64,000 nt of DNA, from NCBI GenBank assembly GCA_951406725.2, contig OX597819.1:15128001-15192000 (forward strand), given 5' to 3'. This DNA is from Octopus vulgaris. Its lineage: Eukaryota. Shown here piece after piece: positions 25,557-40,679 of the stretch (positions are counted from its first letter, which is position 1; the number at the start of each line of letters is the position of its first letter). Both the position numbers and the translations under genes were made by a program. Under the pieces are notes generated by a model. It did not search any database. It was given only the letters and a program-made list of their open reading frames with translations, and was not told the origin of the DNA.

Positions 25557-25594
25557 CGTGTGTGTGTGTGTGCTTGTCTGTGTGTGTGTGTGCT

Positions 25595-25687
<93 letters not shown>

Positions 25688-25860
25688 CTGTGTGTGCGTG
25701 TGTGTGTCTGTGTGTGCTTGTCTGTGTGTGTGTGTGTGCTTGTCTGTGTGTGTGTGTGTGTGTATGTGTGTGTGTGTGTGTGCGTTTGCATATTTATACG
25801 TGTGTTTGTACGCGTGTGCTTGTGTGTACGTCAGTATGTTGTGTGTGTGTGTGTATGTAA
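25085..25860. repeat. Degenerate (TG)n array
   Basis: Seen directly. Confidence 0.97.
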
Positions 25861-26045
25861 ACTATGTGTAAATGAGAAAGATTCTCCTTGCGTGAGATGT
25901 TTTATCTTTTCCTGGTGTTGCCAAGGGATCATTGATGCAATAAATACAGAAATGACGTGTCATTTCTCGCTTCTTATGTGCAACACTGTCACGCTAACGT
26001 TTATAATGCACCATATTACATAAACCAATCGACAGACATTGATCT

Positions 26046-26095
<50 letters not shown>

Positions 26096-26098
26096 GAT

Positions 26099-26637
<539 letters not shown>

Positions 26638-26793
26638 TAATAATGATAATAATAATAATAATAATTCTACCGAGGTCGACTTTACCTTTTATCCGTTCGG
26701 AGTCGACAAAATAAGTACCAGTTACGCACTGGGGTCGGTGTGACTAACTTAACTCATCCCCCCGACTTGATGACCTTGTACCAAAATTTGAAA

Positions 26794-26887
<94 letters not shown>

Positions 26888-26900
26888 CATTATTATTATT

Positions 26901-28935
26901 GCCTTTGCACAGCTTCTAACGCTGGAGATGTACTACGGTGTCAGCTGTTCACAACCAGTGAACTAAGGTAACACCTCTTATTTTTCGAGCACCTTCCGGA
27001 GTATTCGAGATACATGTATATAAGTATTCCTAGATACTTATAACTCTCTCCTCCTTTCAATGATTTTAATGTTTGACCATCTGGTAATTGGATGCCTACG
27101 CTGTTGACAACCCGTCCCCTTCTTATAACTAATATTTCATACTTATCTATGCCAAAATCCATGCCTATATCATTGCTGAAGAGTCTTACAGTCTGTATTA
27201 AGGAATCTTTCTCTTTTTCATTCTTACTAAAAAGCTTCAGATCATCCATGTAGAGTAAATGTAGAGTAAATAGTGGAGAACGAAGTACTGAAGATGTGAA
27301 ACCTAATGTACAAGAAGCTAGAAAGTTCTGGAGTAACATGTGGGATAAGCCAGTCAATCATAATGCAGATGTAGTATGGTTAAAGAAAGTAATACCCTTA
27401 CTATTTCTGAACTGACACCCTACATTTTCCTTCCTTAATCCTAACTTATGGGGATCAAACATAAGACAAATATTAAAGGGGACAACAAAAACCTCTGGAG
27501 AATTCCTCCTTTGATATTTATTTTCCCTAAGAGTGTGTCACCTGAGTAGAGATCTACTTTCCATTTCTTCATGTAATAGCTAATTAATTCTTTTATGTTG
27601 TCTACTTTACTGAATATACTCAGACATTCACTTATCCATGAGTGTGGGATCATGTCACAGGCTTTCCTACGATCTATCCATAGTATTGTTAGATTCTTCT
27701 TTCTAACTTTTACTTCACTTGGAACTGCTTTATCTATATATAATAGAGCATGCGTTACTCTAGCCTTCTTCCTGCTACCTTTCTTTTCTTCTGGCAGTAA
27801 ATTCTGATTGTCAAGACGCTCCTAAATGCTTCCTGGAAGCATTCCTGTCAACAGCTTCCACACTAATGGTAAGTAAGTAATTGGTCTATATTTGTTAACT
27901 GTATTACCCTTGCTCTTATCATTCATAATGAGTATTGTCCTTCTAGTCATCCAATCTGGTATTATTCCTCCATTAAGGCAATCTTGAAGTTATTCCCTCA
28001 GTCTCCTTGGTAAACTGCTAAATTTCTTTAGCCAGTACACTTGAACTAAATCTGGTTCTGAGCTCTTCCAATTCGGCATTTTCCTAACACTTTACTCATT
28101 AATGCATTAGTTGGTCTTAGATCTGGCTGCTTCTCACTCACTATTTCTTCCTTTGCTTTCTTTAACCATACTACATCTGCATTATGATTGACTGGCTTAT
28201 CCCAAATGTTACTCCAGAACTTTCTAGCTTCTTGTACATTAGGTTTCCCATCTTCAGTACTTCGTTCTCCACTATTTATTTGGTTTATAAAATCTCCTCT
28301 GGCCTGTCTCAAATAATCTATTCAGTTGATATTGGTCTATTCTTTTTTGATATCTGGAGAGCTTGCCTGCTACTGCTATGATAATCTGTTTCAACTCTTC
28401 TATTACTATCCAAAATCCTTTCTTTTTTACTAAGTATCTTTTCTCAAGGGAAGATTTGCATATCGTGTTCCCTAACCTGTTCAGTTTCCAGGCTTCTATT
28501 CGACTCGGATCTTGTCTTAAAATCTTCACCTTATTTTGTAATCTCCTTTTCCACATTTGTTCTTTTTTAATCTTTCCCTGTGAGATATCTAATCTTCTGG
28601 TGACTACTAATCTTCCTGTCTAGATCAATAAGTTAGTGTCTTCTACATTTTTAGTATCTATCCTACTGATAGCAGAATCTACCTTCCTAGTCATTTCTAT
28701 CAACTTCCCTTTGTTGGTACCTTTTAATCCTGGCAATCTTTTTCTTACTTCTTTACTCATTACTTCCTGCAACTCATCTAAAATCTTCTGATCTTCCTCA
28801 CTTAAATCACTTAAGTCATTGGTGCCAGTTGTCCCTTCCTTATTGGTAGAGCTATTATCATTCTTTCTTTTAGATTCCTCTCTGCTTTGAGCTGTATCTC
28901 CTATGTTGTTCTTTGTCTTTCCTACTACCTGGTCT
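26901..28935 (-). mobile_element. R4/Dong-clade non-LTR retrotransposon, decayed, 5'-truncated and internally deleted
   Basis: Minus-strand RT motifs: WKRRLQNK, NRLFETGQRRFY, FWSNIWD, YRPITYLPLVWKLLTG, PHSWI, LSPLIFVL, LLYMDDLKLF, DIGMDFGIDK, YKYLGI. These join directly to the final ILRKVLEK* and 3' UTR. Both ends abut (ATT)n. Confidence 0.92.
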
Positions 28936-29027
28936 ATTATTATTATTATTGAGGTCGACTTTGCCTTTCATTCTTTTGAGATCGGTGAAATAAGTACCAG
29001 TTACGCACTGAGGTCGATATAAACTTG

Positions 29028-29310
29028 AGATTACATAGAAAGTATTTTGCGTAGGATATGAGCACTATCTTTTGAATTTCTGCCATTTTGAGGTTTCCTG
29101 GTATCTGAGCTAGGTAGCAATCAGCCCCTTTTGCCATCATTCCCAGGGCACCTATGACAACAGGTATTGTTTTAGTCTTCAGGTTCCACATTTTGATAAT
29201 TTCTATTTCAAGATCTTTATATTTGCTCAGTTTTTGGTAGGTCTTGACAGATACGTTTATATCGATTGGGACAGTCATATCAATGAGGAGGCATGATTGT
29301 TTTTTCAATG
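29028..29310 (-). mobile_element. R4/Dong-type restriction-like endonuclease fragment
   Basis: CLLIDMTVPIDINVSVKTYQKLSKYKDLEIEIIKMWNLKTKTIPVVIGALG..EIQKIVL. Confidence 0.88.
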
Positions 29311-29642
29311 AGGGAGGCATGATTTTTATCTGAAGTTTATTATTATTATTGTTGTTGTTGTTGTCATCAAAGCCTTTAGTACTTTCTTGCATTTGATCCT
29401 TTTTGTTGTCTATGAATTAACAGGAATCGATGTCATCGACTTGACACCCCCTCTCCCCTCCCCTCAAAATTGCTGGCCTTGTGCCAAAATTAGAAACAAA
29501 TTATTCTCTAGGTTGTGAATTAGCAGAATCGGGAGAGCGACGGACAAATGTTTTGTGGCATTTGGTTCTGAGTTCAAATCCCACCGAAGTCAACTCTTTG
29601 CTTCCTTCTTCGGGGATCGATAAGATAACTGTATACCTACCT

Positions 29643-30087
29643 CAGATAAGTGGAGTTTGTTCTTTTGAATGGCTCTGAAACATAGAGAGTCACCTGCAAC
29701 AACTACAAATAGATCCAGACTTTCATCAACAAATGTCTCCGGCAGATCCTCCATCTGAAGTGGTTCGACAGAGTGCCAAACACCGACCTGTGGGAAAGGG
29801 CCAACCAAAAGCCCATACATGTTCAGATTAGACGAAGGAAATAGAGATGGATCGGACACACACTGCGGAAAGAACCCTCAAATGTGACACGACAAACACT
29901 TGACTGGAACCCGCAGGGGAAAAGGAAGCGAGGACGCCCGAAGCAGACATGGAAGCGGAGCATTTTGGACGAGCTCAGGACCACCGGCCTGACATGGGAA
30001 GCGGCCAAGAAACACGCCAATGACCGCAAAAAATGGAAAACAATTGTTGAGGCCCAATGCTCCACAAGGGGCAAAAAGGATTAAGAG
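29643..30087 (+). mobile_element. RTE-clade LINE 3' end, 5'-truncated
   Basis: LNGSET..CLRQIL..WFDRVPNTDLW..RWIGHTLRK..LDWNPQGKRKRGRPKQTW..DRKKWK. 10-bp TSD ATACCTACCT at 29633-29642 and 30088-30097. Confidence 0.9.
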
Positions 30088-30201
30088 ATACCTACCTTAA
30101 ACTATATCTTCTGGGGCCTAGAGTAATCGCAGACACATAGATAGGCCAAGGCTTCACGGGTTTGAGCTCCTAGCCTGTTTCTTCTTCATATCAAACATAT
30201 C

Positions 30202-30431
30202 TGTTTCTTTATTGCCCACAAGGGGCTAAACATAGAGGGGACAAACAAGGACAGACAAACGAATTAAGTCGGTTACATCGACCCCAGTGCGTAACTGGTA
30301 CTTAATTTATCGACCCCGAAAGGATGAAAGGCAAAGTCGACCTCGGCGGAATTTGAACTCAGAACGCAACGACAGACGCAATACCGCTAAGCATTTCGCT
30401 CGGTGTGCTAACGTTTCTGCCAGCTCGCGGC
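30202..30431 (-). mobile_element. SINE family B monomer
   Basis: Family match. Flanked by CTTCATATCAAA[C/G]ATATC on both sides. Confidence 0.9.
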
Positions 30432-30589
30432 CTTCATATCAAAGATATCGTTTTGATCAAGATTCAAATATATCCTTTCTCATAGAATACAAGTTACAAA
30501 CACTTGTTATTCAGCCTCTGGTTTCGCTCGAACTAAATCAATAACTAAAACGTCACCAATGGGCAAATTTAATGGAATTATTAATTCTA

Positions 30590-30970
30590 AAGGCGTGGCT
30601 GTGTGGTAAGAAGTTTGCTTCTCAACCAGATGGTTCCGGGTTCAGTCCTACTGCGTGGCACCTTGGGCAAGTGTCTTCTACTATATCCTCGAGCTGATCA
30701 AAGCCTTGTGAGTGAATTTGGTAGGCAGAAACTGAAAGAAGCTCGTCGTGCATGTGTGTGTGTGTGTATGTGTTTGTCCCCCTGCCGTCGCTTGACAACC
30801 GATGCTGGTGTGTTTATGCCTCCGTAAGCTAGCGGTTCGGCCAAAGAAACCGATAGAATAAGTACTAGGCTTACAAAGAATAAGTCCTGGGGTCGATTTC
30901 TTCGACTAAAACCCTTTAAGGCGGTGCTCCAGCATGGCTGCAGCTAAATGTCTGAAACAAGTGAAAGAAG
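30590..30970 (+). mobile_element. SINE family A
   Basis: Family match. Confidence 0.9.
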
Positions 30971-31413
30971 GAATAAAAAACTACTACTGTTTTGAATTGT
31001 TTTCTAGCTTAAAAAGAAAATAAGTTCTCAGGTCAATTAGTTCGACTAAAATTCCTCGAGGCGGTGCCCCAGCATGGCCGCAGTCTAATAACTGAAACAA
31101 ATAAAAGGTAAAAGATATGCGGTATTGCACATTTTCGAGTGGTCCCCTACGCTTCTGAAAGGTCGTACCCGTCACAGCTAAACACAGGTTTTACTTCAAC
31201 CGTATAACTGAAACTATTGTTGGACCTCGTTTGGCCCTGCCTGCTTGAGATTCGAAACCGAATCTAGGAATTCTCCCTAACCATGCGACCCATTGTCCTG
31301 TCAAAAGGGAACGCTGGTCTATGTACAGTTCTATATTTAACAGATGGGGAATTATGTACAATATTTACATTATTTACATTCGACGGATATTTGTCCTCAT
31401 CTTGTTTCTTGTT

Positions 31414-31459
31414 AACACAACGTTTCGGCTGATATACCCTCCAGCCTTCATCAGGTGTC
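31414..31459 (-). ncRNA. Minimal type-I hammerhead ribozyme, loop-less palindromic stem III
   Basis: Minus strand: GACAC-CTGATGA-A-GGCTG(GAGGGTATAT)CAGCC-GAA-ACGT-T-GTGTT. Confidence 0.72.
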
Positions 31460-31594
31460 TTGGGGAAATTTCGAACCAGGGTTCTCTTTCCTCAGGTATT
31501 TTTCGATGTTATTATTATTATTATTAATATTAATATAATTATTATCATTATTATTATTATTATTATCATCATCATCATCATCATCATCATCATT

Positions 31595-31826
<232 letters not shown>

Positions 31827-31932
31827 TCGAAAAATAATTTAGGAATGAGAACCAAGGTTCGAAGGGTATATCAGCCGAAACGTTGTTAGCAACAAACGAA
31901 ATGAGGACAAATATCTGTCAATGTGTTTTCCA

Positions 31933-32093
31933 AAGGCGTAGGAGTGGCTGTGTGGTAAGTAGCTAGCTTACCACATGGTTCCGGGTTCAGTCCCACTGCG
32001 TGGCACCTTGAGCAAGTGTCTTCTACTATAGACTCGAACCGACCAAAGCCTTGTGAGTGGATTTGGTAGACGGAAACTGAAAGAAGCCCATCG

Positions 32094-32152
<59 letters not shown>

Positions 32153-32355
32153 GTGTGTATGTTTGTGTGTCTGTGTGTGTCTCCCAACATCGCTTGACAA
32201 TCGATGCTGGTGTGTTTACGTCCCCGTACCGATAGAATAAGTACTAGGCTTACAAAGAATAAGACCTGGGGTCAATTTGTTCGACTAAAGGCAGTGCTCT
32301 AGCCTGGCCGCAGTCAAATGACTGAAACAAATAAAAGAGTAAATGAGTAAAAGAA
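31933..32355 (+). mobile_element. SINE family A
   Basis: Family match. Confidence 0.9.
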
Positions 32356-32818
32356 TAAATTTATAGATTTTCAATTATAGATTTTCAATTATGATTGTTC
32401 GATTAAAGTTACTTAAATCATAAAACTCCAATTATGATAAATATTGCAATCACGTTTTCAATTTCATTCCTTCAAGTTATCAAAAGCGCGTCACTCGTAT
32501 AAATTGCTAAATATATTGAAACGATATTTTAAACAAGAATTTGTGGAAGAAGAATATAATTTATTGACTTCAGTCCATTTAACTGTGGCATCTATGTGTC
32601 ATGTGATTCAACCGATTGCTAACTGGAAAGTCTTGTATCGATCTTAGCAAAACAGTTCCGCTGTGGCCATTTGTTCCGCTGTGGCTCAATTGCACTTCAA
32701 GACACGTTCACTAAGTGTTCTTCCGGTGATGTTCTTTCATCGTGTGTGTTAGTATGCACGTATGTATATATGTATGTGTGTGTGTGCGTGCGTGCGTATA
32801 TATAAATACGCACGCTGA

Positions 32819-33050
32819 AGGCGGCGAGCTGGCAGAAACGTTAGCACGCCGGGCGAAATGTGTAGCCGTATTTCGTCTGCCGCTACGTTCTGAGTTCAAA
32901 TTCCGCCGAGGTCGACTTTGCCTTTCATCCTTTCGGGGTCGATTAAATAAGTACCAGTTACGCACTGGGGTCGATGTAATTGACTTAATCCCTTTGTCTG
33001 TCCTTGTTTGTCCCCTCTATGTTTAGCCCCCTGTGGGCAATAAAGAAATA
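32819..33050 (+). mobile_element. SINE family B monomer
   Basis: Family match. Confidence 0.92.
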
Positions 33051-33099
33051 TATATATAAATATATATCTGAGGGGGTGCATACATATATACATACATAT

Positions 33100-33164
<65 letters not shown>

Positions 33165-33165
33165 G

Positions 33166-33284
33166 ATTAAGAGCATTATTATACATAAATGCCTCAGGCT
33201 AGGAGGGACTCTTAAAGTCAAAACTAGTTTTGACTTTAAGAGTCCCTCTAGCGTGAGGCATTTATGTATAGTAATGCCCTTAAT
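33166..33284. repeat. Spacer-less ~119-bp palindrome
   Basis: Perfect 46-bp core 33203-33248 centred on ACT|AGT, with imperfect outer arms. Confidence 0.95.
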
Positions 33285-33389
33285 ATAAACAAATATATTT
33301 AAAGGGAATAATTAATAAAATTTTCCCTTATGAGTTTTTTCACGCTAACTCCTTGATAAATTCTTATAAAGGTTTTATCCTACTTTTAA

Positions 33390-33431
<42 letters not shown>

Positions 33432-33506
33432 GTGGGGTTCATGTATGTGTGTATGTAAATACACATATACATGGGGGTTTATGCATATATATACGTGAGG
33501 GGTGCA

Positions 33507-33549
<43 letters not shown>

Positions 33550-34081
33550 ATGTGTGCGTGTGTGTGTGTGTGCGAAAGCTCAAGAGATTGGTGAGAAAAC
33601 TAGCAAACTATTCTTTTTTTTTTTTTAGAAATCCATTGTGGTGATCGTTCCGCCCGAGTTGCACAGACCGTCCCTTGTCACTGTCGCCGCTGATGTCACG
33701 CTGAAAACCAATTACCAACGTCACTGCTCCCAAAACAATAATAAAAAGACACAATTTAAAAACATAAAAGCAATCAATAACTAATATCAGTGTCCAATGT
33801 TCTCTGTTTTTTTTTGTTCCAATCCGTCATACCTTACGTCCACCATCCATCACCCCCCACACCACTACTATCACCACCACCGCCACCGCCGACACAGGGG
33901 AGATGAGGTTTTTGTTCTGATTGGTTATTTCCTGACGCAGTCACACCTTGGACCAGTGGAAATTCAAGTAAAACGTCAAAGACAAAATTGAGAAATTATA
34001 CAACAACAACAACAACAGTTGCTCTCTTCGATCCATTTTCATACCCAAACCAGCTATTTGCGCAGCAGTAATTGTTTTGTT

Positions 34082-34641
<560 letters not shown>

Positions 34642-34673
34642 TACACACACAAACATAATGTTTCAATGTGTGT

Positions 34674-34717
<44 letters not shown>

Positions 34718-34878
34718 ATAGTCAGATATATTTGTATGGATGTGTGCACACGCCTGTTTGTGTGAATGTATGTTTATAAGCTAAATACATATTCATACGC
34801 ATGTAATACATGTAAACATTAATGTAAATATTTATACATTAATGTTCAAATATCTCCATGGAAGCACATGCTATCTCT

Positions 34879-35075
34879 AGGCGAAGGCGTGGCTGAGTGG
34901 TAAGACGCTTGCTAACCAACCATATGGTTCCGGGTTCAGTCCCGCTGCGTGGAACCTTGGGCAGTTGTCTTCTACTATAGCCTCGGGCCAACCAAAGTCT
35001 TGTGAGTGGATTTGGTAGACGGAAACTGAAAGAAGCCCATCGTAAAAAAGAGTAAAAAAGAGAAGAAAAAAGAGT
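34879..35075 (+). mobile_element. SINE family A, internally deleted
   Basis: Head and CORE-like part joined to an AAAAAGAGT tail. Confidence 0.85.
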
Positions 35076-35199
35076 ATATATATATATATATATATATACG
35101 CACACACACGCGCACACACATACACACAAACACACATATATATATATTACGGAGATGTACTTGCATAGCATGTGACCTGATCTGAGATCGTGTGCTGAA

Positions 35200-36506
35200 T
35201 CTACCAAATCCACTCACAAGGCTTTGGTCGGCCCGAGGCGATAGTAGAAGACACTTGCCCAAGGTTCCACACAATGAGACTGAACCTCGAACCATGTGGT
35301 TGGAAAGTAAGCTTCTTACCACACAGCCATGCCTATTTTTTTAAATAATATAACTGGCTAACCACGACACCGGTGCCTGTTCTGGCACTATCGATCTATG
35401 TATTGCTGGCGGAGAGATGAAGCGGTCGAGTATCCATCATTGACAAAACCAAATAAGGTCGAAATCACGTGATCTGCATAGCTGAGTGATAAGATGCTTT
35501 CTTCCCAACCATATGGTTCCAGGTTCAGTCCCATGCGTGGAACCTTGGGCAGGTGTCTTCTAATATAGAACGATAGAATAAGTACTATGCTTACAAAGAA
35601 TAAGTGCTGGGGTCGATTCGTGTTTAGCCCCTTGTGGGTAGTAAAGAAATAGGTATTTCGGCTGACGTTACATTCTGAGTTCAAATTCCGCCGAGGTCGA
35701 CTTTGCCTTTCATCCTTTCGGGGTCGATTAAATAAATACCAGTTGAACACTGGAGTCGATGTAATCGACTTAATCCCTTTGATCTCTCCTTGTTTATCCC
35801 CTCTATGTTTAGCCCCCTGTCAAATGACTGAAACAAATAAAAAAAAAAGAAGACGCCCGTGCGCAGGTGTCTACATATTATTTCACTGTAATTAACCCTT
35901 GATTTACAGCCATGCTGGTGTAAGGCCTTCCAAGGTTTTCGCCCTTTACATCGACCTCAGCATTTTGACATCTATTTTATGTCAAATTGACATAAAATTT
36001 GACAGTGACATTAGAAGAAAGTATACGTCACTTGGCAGGAATGCTTCTTTCTCCGAGTGTCAAAGTTTATCTCTCCCCACTTAAACACGGATGTTCTCTC
36101 AGAACAAACTTCACTACAGGAGTTGCCTCGAGAGAAACTCTCACATAAGCTTTTTGGCGCAGAATGTACTCTTGTTTCTATCGCTAGCGGGGAGATAAAT
36201 ACCAGCCACCTCCAGCACCGAGACCACCAGGTCACGTGATTTCGACTTTGTTTGGTCTTGTCAATGATGGATACTCGACCGCTTCGTCTCTCCGCCAGCA
36301 ATACATAGATTGATAGTGCCAGAACAGGCACCGGTGTCGTGGTTAGCCAGTTATATCATTAAAAAAAAAATAGGCATGACTGTGTGGTAAGAAGCTTGCT
36401 TCCAAACCACATGGTTCAAGGTTCAGTCTCACAGTGTGGAACGTTGGGCAAGTGTCTTCTACTATTGCCTCGGGCTCACCAAAGCCTTGTGAGTGGATTT
36501 GGTAGA
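35200..36506. repeat. Inverted duplication, ~278-bp arms (35200-35476 / 36228-36506)
   Basis: Each arm is a SINE A head plus ~140 bp of non-SINE flank, in reverse-complement orientation. Confidence 0.92.
35480..35848 (+). mobile_element. SINE A/B mosaic
   Basis: A head, deleted A body, one B unit (~35621-35820), then the A tail GTCAAATGACTGAAACAAAT. Confidence 0.75.
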
Positions 36507-36529
36507 CGGAAACTGAAAGAAGCCTATCG

Positions 36530-36589
<60 letters not shown>

Positions 36590-36787
36590 TCGCAGGCTTC
36601 TTTAAGTTTCCGTTTACAATCGCTTGACGACTGATGTTGGTGTATTTATGTCCCCGTAACTTAGCGGCTCGGCAAAAGGACCGGTAGAATAAGTACTAGG
36701 CTTACAAAGAAAAAGTCCTGGGAGTGATTTGGTCGATTAAAGCATGACCGCAGTCAAATGACTGAAACGAGTAAAAGAATAAAAGAA
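36372..36787 (+). mobile_element. SINE family A
   Basis: Family match. Confidence 0.9.
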
Positions 36788-37212
36788 TATTAGCAGAAGC
36801 CCGGGAACAGGGGGAAAGGGATGCAGGCACACCCCTTAAAATTTTTGTGGGGTGCAAAATCAAAATTTACACCCCTACTTACTTTTGTCAGGTTTAGAAA
36901 ACAATGTGTAATAAGGGATCAGTAAAAAATAGCTTTAAGAATATTAGCAGAAGCCCGGGAACAGGGGGAAAGGGATGCAGGCACACCCCTTAAAATTTTT
37001 GTGGGGTGCAAATTCAAAATTTGCACCCCTACTTACTTTTGTCAGGTTTAGAAAACAACGTGTAATAAGGGATCAGTAAAAAATAGCTTGAAGTTAGTTT
37101 TCTTCTCAAAGAACAAAGAACAAAAATACATAAGAAAAACAATGAAACCTTGTTTGTAAAACATTTTATACATGGGTTTGCACCCTCTAAACAAATCTCG
37201 TTCCCGAGCCCT
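36783..37212. mobile_element. MITE-like element with a ~154-bp tandem duplication of its left end
   Basis: 36783-36935 is repeated at 36937-37090. Putative TIRs GCCCGGGAAC / GTTCCCGAGC. Confidence 0.6.
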
Positions 37213-37485
37213 TCTATGTTAGCGACAGAGGCAATATTAATACCGAGAGGAAGAAAATCCACGTTTAAGCGGGGATAAATAGTATCTCAGTGCTTCAGGT
37301 TTTTAAAAAAATAAGTACTTGGGTTGATTTATTTAACTAAAATGTATTCAACACGGTGCCCCAGTATGGCCGCAGTCTAATGACTGAAACAAGGAAAAGA
37401 TAAAAGATAACATATGTGTAGGCCTGGGGTTTGTCGGCGTGAAAAACCACAGGTTAAAAAACCTAGCTCAGCCCTCATAAAGACA

Positions 37486-37978
37486 GGCGACGGCGAGCTG
37501 GCAGAATCGTTAGCACGCCGGGCGAAATGCGTAGCTGTATTTCGTCTGCCGTTACGTTCTGAGTTCAAAATCCGCTGAGGTCAACTTTGCCTTTCATTCT
37601 TTCGAGGTCGATTGAATAAGTACCAGTTACGCACTGCGGTCGATATACTCGGCTTAATCCGTTTGTCTGTCCTTGTTTGTCCTCTCTGTGTTTAGCTCCT
37701 TGTAGGTAGTAAAGAAATAGGTATTTCGGCTGACATTACATTCTGAGTTCAAATTCTGCCGAGGTCGTCTTTGCCTTTCATCCTTTCGAGGTCGATTAAA
37801 TAAGTACCAGTTACGCACTGGGGTCGACATAATCGACTTAATCCGTTTGTCTGTCCTTGTTTGTCCTCTCTGTGTTTAGCCCCTTGTGGGTAGTAAAGAA
37901 ATAGGTATTTCGGCTGACGTTTGATCTCTCCTTGTTTATCCCCTCTATGTTTAGCCCCCTGTGGGCAATGAAGAAATA
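37486..37978 (+). mobile_element. SINE family B multimer
   Basis: Head, two full units and a deleted third unit. Confidence 0.9.
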
Positions 37979-38317
37979 AAATGCAGGCTGGTATTTCTTG
38001 CAAGTCAAATGACTTCGTACAGGTCATCGTTTGTGTCGCGGCTTCGCTAAAGGTAACTAGAATCATCGATACACACAGCTTCAACCGGAAATCGCTATTA
38101 CCGGGAACATAATCATTGCTTTTTTTCTCTACAGTGTTCCTTTCCTGATATGTATTATTGTATCACTATGGCAACAACTTAGTTATTGATCACACGGATC
38201 GAAGCGATGTTTTATGGCTTCCCAGACGATCTTCGGTGAACTAAGTTATCCTAAGACTGATTTAATAACCCTATGTGTGTGTCTGTGTACGTATATGTAT
38301 GTATCTAGGTGTGAACC

Positions 38318-38377
<60 letters not shown>

Positions 38378-38379
38378 CT

Positions 38380-38596
38380 ATATTTTATTCCTCACTTGCT
38401 TCAAGAATTGGACTGTGACCATGCTGGGGCACCGCCTTGAAGGGTTTAGTCAAACAAATCGACCTCAGCCTCTGTTTTTAAAATCTAGCTCTTATTCTGT
38501 TAGTGTCTTTTGCTGAATCGTTAAGTCACGGGGGAGGCAAACAAACACCTATTGCCAAGCAGTGGGACAAACACGCACGCAGACATACGCATACAT

Positions 38597-38671
<75 letters not shown>

Positions 38672-38825
38672 ACGGGCTTCTTCACAATTTCTGTCCACTA
38701 AATCAACTCCCAAGGCATTGGTCGGTCCGAGGCTATAATCTAAGACACTTGCCCAAGGTGTCACACAGTGGAACTGAAATCGAAACCACGCGGTTGAAAA
38801 GCGAACTTTCAAGCACTGAGTCATG
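38380..38825 (-). mobile_element. SINE family A, older diverged copy
   Basis: Family match with many substitutions. Confidence 0.8.
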
Positions 38826-39029
38826 CACATGATCAAATGATACAATGAAAAGATGGAATGAGAAAACGAGACGAAACTACAACTCTGTCCTTCAATGAAG
38901 CAAAAGCTGCTGTGCCCCCCTTTTTTTTTTCTTAAAGAATGTTTTTACCGAAATAATGCCATACTCTGTATCTTTAAAAATAGACGGGGCCATGCATTTG
39001 ATTTCGTGGTAGTTAGTCCACATCACTCT

Positions 39030-39248
39030 GTAAGGGGCATAGGGCCGGTTTCCTATTTCCTCTGGCATATATATATTCCTCCCAGGACGGGATCCCGGTC
39101 CGTTGCAGGATTTTACCAGCTGACTGGACTGGGGCAAAAGGAAATGAAATGTTTCGCTTCAAAGCCACAACGCATCACACGATCCAGGAATCGAAACCCC
39201 AATCTTTCGACCATGAGTCCAATACCCTAACCAGGGGTAGGGGCGTCC
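39030..39248 (-). mobile_element. tRNA-derived SINE (E-like body + D-like tail), diverged
   Basis: CATAGGGCCGGTTTCC..GGACGGGATCCCGGTCCGTTGCAGG matches the D tail. CAGCTGACTGGACTGG..GAAATGAAATGT matches the E body. Confidence 0.7.
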
Positions 39249-39277
39249 AATTTTTCTTTTTTTTGCCGCCCAAAATA

Positions 39278-39351
<74 letters not shown>

Positions 39352-39453
39352 TATTTGTACATATACATATATACATATACATATATATATACACATATAT
39401 ATACATAATCATATATACATATACATATGCATATATACATATACATGCATATA

Positions 39454-39734
<281 letters not shown>

Positions 39735-40099
39735 GCAACACACCTACACGTACGTACGTATACCTATTGCATACATGTTTTTTGTACGCATACATGTTCG
39801 TGTGTGTATGTGTGTGTGTGTGTGTGTGTGTGCTGCCTGTATATCAACAAAACACTTTTTTCCTCGATAGAAAAAACAACAGAAGTCTTAACAAAAACTT
39901 GCACGTCGCTAGAAGGGGACTTAACTCCTGATTGCAGACAATGGTGATTTTTCCGACTTGAAAATTGTTAAAAGTTTTGGTTTAAAATTTATTTTACTGC
40001 TATTCGCTGGTGTCGCTGGGGAAAATAATTTGACGAAAATACAGCTAGGATCATGACGAATGTCCTCCTAAAATTGGAGTGACATGCGTGCTAATATGT

Positions 40100-40153
<54 letters not shown>

Positions 40154-40457
40154 CCTGTCTTTTATATATGCAGATATACATATATATATATATACACATA
40201 TATATACATATATGTGCATATACATATATACATATATATATACTTTATAATATATATTATTCTTAATATCAGGAAATCAATATTGATTTCTTGATATTAA
40301 TAATAATATAATATAAAATATATATAATCGCTCGTATTAAACATATAAATGCTTTAATAGTATTAATACTTTGATACAATACAGCACTCAATATAAATTC
40401 AGTATATAATATTGTCATTGAATATATTTAACTAAAGATTTATATATATACATATAT

Positions 40458-40519
<62 letters not shown>

Positions 40520-40547
40520 AGGTATATATATATAGGTATATATATAT

Positions 40548-40606
<59 letters not shown>

Positions 40607-40633
40607 GGTATATATATATAGGTATATATATAT

Positions 40634-40677
<44 letters not shown>

Positions 40678-40679
<2 letters not shown>

